A stretch of DNA of 63,566 nucleotides, the filler included, from Asterionella formosa (lineage: Eukaryota): NCBI GenBank assembly GCA_002256025.1. It is 12 parts of 12 records of this genome, joined end to end, with 100 filler letters (N's around TTAATTAATTAA, not from the genome) between each part and the next. Parts side by side here need not be neighbours in the genome. Positions count along the whole stretch, not along the records: positions 44,851 to 62,375 come from NKIB01004390.1; positions 62,476 to 63,566 come from NKIB01004391.1; 10 more parts are not named here. One strand, written 5' to 3'. Shown here piece by piece: positions 61,677 through 63,566 of the stretch; position 1 is the stretch's first letter; each line of letters begins with the position of its first letter. The notes beneath the pieces were generated by a model. That model did no database searches. It was not told the origin of the DNA and was given only the letters and a program-made list of their open reading frames with translations. Both the position numbers and the translations under genes were made by a program.

Positions 61677-62476
61677 GGCTTCCAGTGACCGTTGTGTTGT
61701 GTGATGTCAATACAATGCGACAAGTCTCCCGCCTCTGTGAACTTGGCCGAGTATTTGGCAATGAATGCGGTTCGTTCTGATTGTGCTATTTTTCTTCTAA
61801 CAAATGAACCACTTGAAATTCTGGCTGCTATTCAAGGAGACTCAAGGAAACAACAATGTAGTATACTGGTTGAGCGATGCACGGCGAATGAGTGAGGGTT
61901 AACAAAATGAAAAATGGAGACACGAGTAAAAGAAAATGGCTCCCATCACTGCTGTGGCGGGGCGTCGTGATCATCGCCTTCAATATATATACCGGTATCA
62001 TGAGAAAAATCTGTTCATACATATTTATTTATCGTATAATTCAGAGTCCTGGCCTCCCCCCTGAGGTTGTGGTGCTGGCTTCCCCCATGTACATTTTTTT
62101 CGTGGTGGCACCAAACACCCAATTATTTTCTAGACATTGACAAAGTAACGTACTACCCTGGTACCAGTAAAAAACTGCTGTGACCCACTAAAAAATATTT
62201 GGAACCGCTGTGACCCACTGAACAGGAGAAAAACACGGTTTGACCCTCCCAAATGCAGATTTGTTAATTTTAAAACTTCGATCCCAATCTTGAGCATGTA
62301 CGCTTTAAGGCTATGTCATTAGATATAAGTTTATAGCAATTGGTTTCTCCTAAAATATTGGTTGAAAAGTGCAATNNNNNNNNNNNNNNNNNNNNNNNNN
62401 NNNNNNNNNNNNNNNNNNNTTAATTAATTAANNNNNNNNNNNNNNNNNNNNNNNNNNNNNNNNNNNNNNNNNNNNA

Positions 62477-63256
<780 letters not shown>

Positions 63257-63275
<19 letters not shown>

Positions 63276-63418
63276 CGCTCCTGCTGATGCTCGGGCAGCT
63301 TGTTGGACAGGATGGCGATGAAGATGAGGTTGTCGACCCCCAGCACCACTTCGAGCGCAATCAGGGTCAGCAACGCCAGCCAGGCGGCCGGATCGGAGAA
63401 CAGTGCGATAAGTTCCAT
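63257..63418 (-). CDS. terC: TerC-family membrane protein N-terminal fragment
   Basis: [38 protein letters not shown] ribosome-binding-like site upstream. Confidence 0.85.
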
Positions 63419-63494
63419 AACCCCATTCCTGCCGCAATCGGGCGCGTCCTGCAACGTCCGGTGCAGGGCAAGGGCAGGAGATGGCCGGAAAAAT

Positions 63495-63566
63495 TGGTGG
63501 ACCCGTCGGGGCTCGAACCCGAGACCTACAGATTAAAAGTCCGCCGCTCTACCAACTGAGCTACGG
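63495..63566 (-). tRNA. tRNA-Lys(UUU), bacterial type with encoded CCA, 5' ~4 nt missing
   Basis: Minus strand reads CCGTAGCTCAGTTGGTAGAGCGGCGGACTTTTAATCTGTAGGTCTCGGGTTCGAGCCCCGACGGGTCCACCA, with D-arm, TTT anticodon and T-arm. Confidence 0.93.

Larger units (their letters stand above)
17633..62431. other. Artificial contig-join linkers N44-TTAATTAATTAA-N44 (11 copies starting at 17633, 18825, 36451, 37643, 38835, 40027, 41219, 42411, 43603, 44795, 62420)
   Basis: Identical six-frame-stop 12-mers padded by 44 Ns on each side; consecutive ones are 1192 nt apart, i.e. they separate 1092-bp contigs. Confidence 0.97.

Overview
Eukaryotic nuclear DNA, almost certainly from a diatom: short GT-AG introns, signal-peptide + Phe (ASAF-type) plastid presequences, a DUF6824 gene and diatom-style Pro/Thr membrane proteins. 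The window is not one locus. Eleven artificial N44-TTAATTAATTAA-N44 linkers join three ~17.5 kb scaffolds (1-17588, 18881-36406, 44851-62375) and a set of 1092-bp contigs, so gene neighbourhood across linkers means nothing. Ordinary genes include eIF2B-beta, CCT7, a nardilysin-like M16A peptidase, a NadD-like enzyme, a GT60 GlcNAc-transferase, a sterol glucosyltransferase, an O-fucosyltransferase, a BASS transporter, an amine oxidase, Rieske and PDZ-ferredoxin plastid proteins and ArsH. Most notable: (i) two Crinkler/CR-type genes (Ubl header, one spliced to a P-loop NTPase) with mostly non-synonymous divergence; (ii) a putatively plastid-targeted SAP + triple RNase H protein in which two domains look catalytically dead; (iii) a frameshifted Plavaka-like transposase, a 648-bp TA-flanked MITE and other TE remnants; (iv) a pervasive intergenic TACC(N)GGTA motif; (v) a terminal GC-rich, mostly bacterial contig that is a chimera of glutathione reductase, proB, terC and tRNA-Lys. 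All family assignments are from motif recognition by eye, with no database searches.
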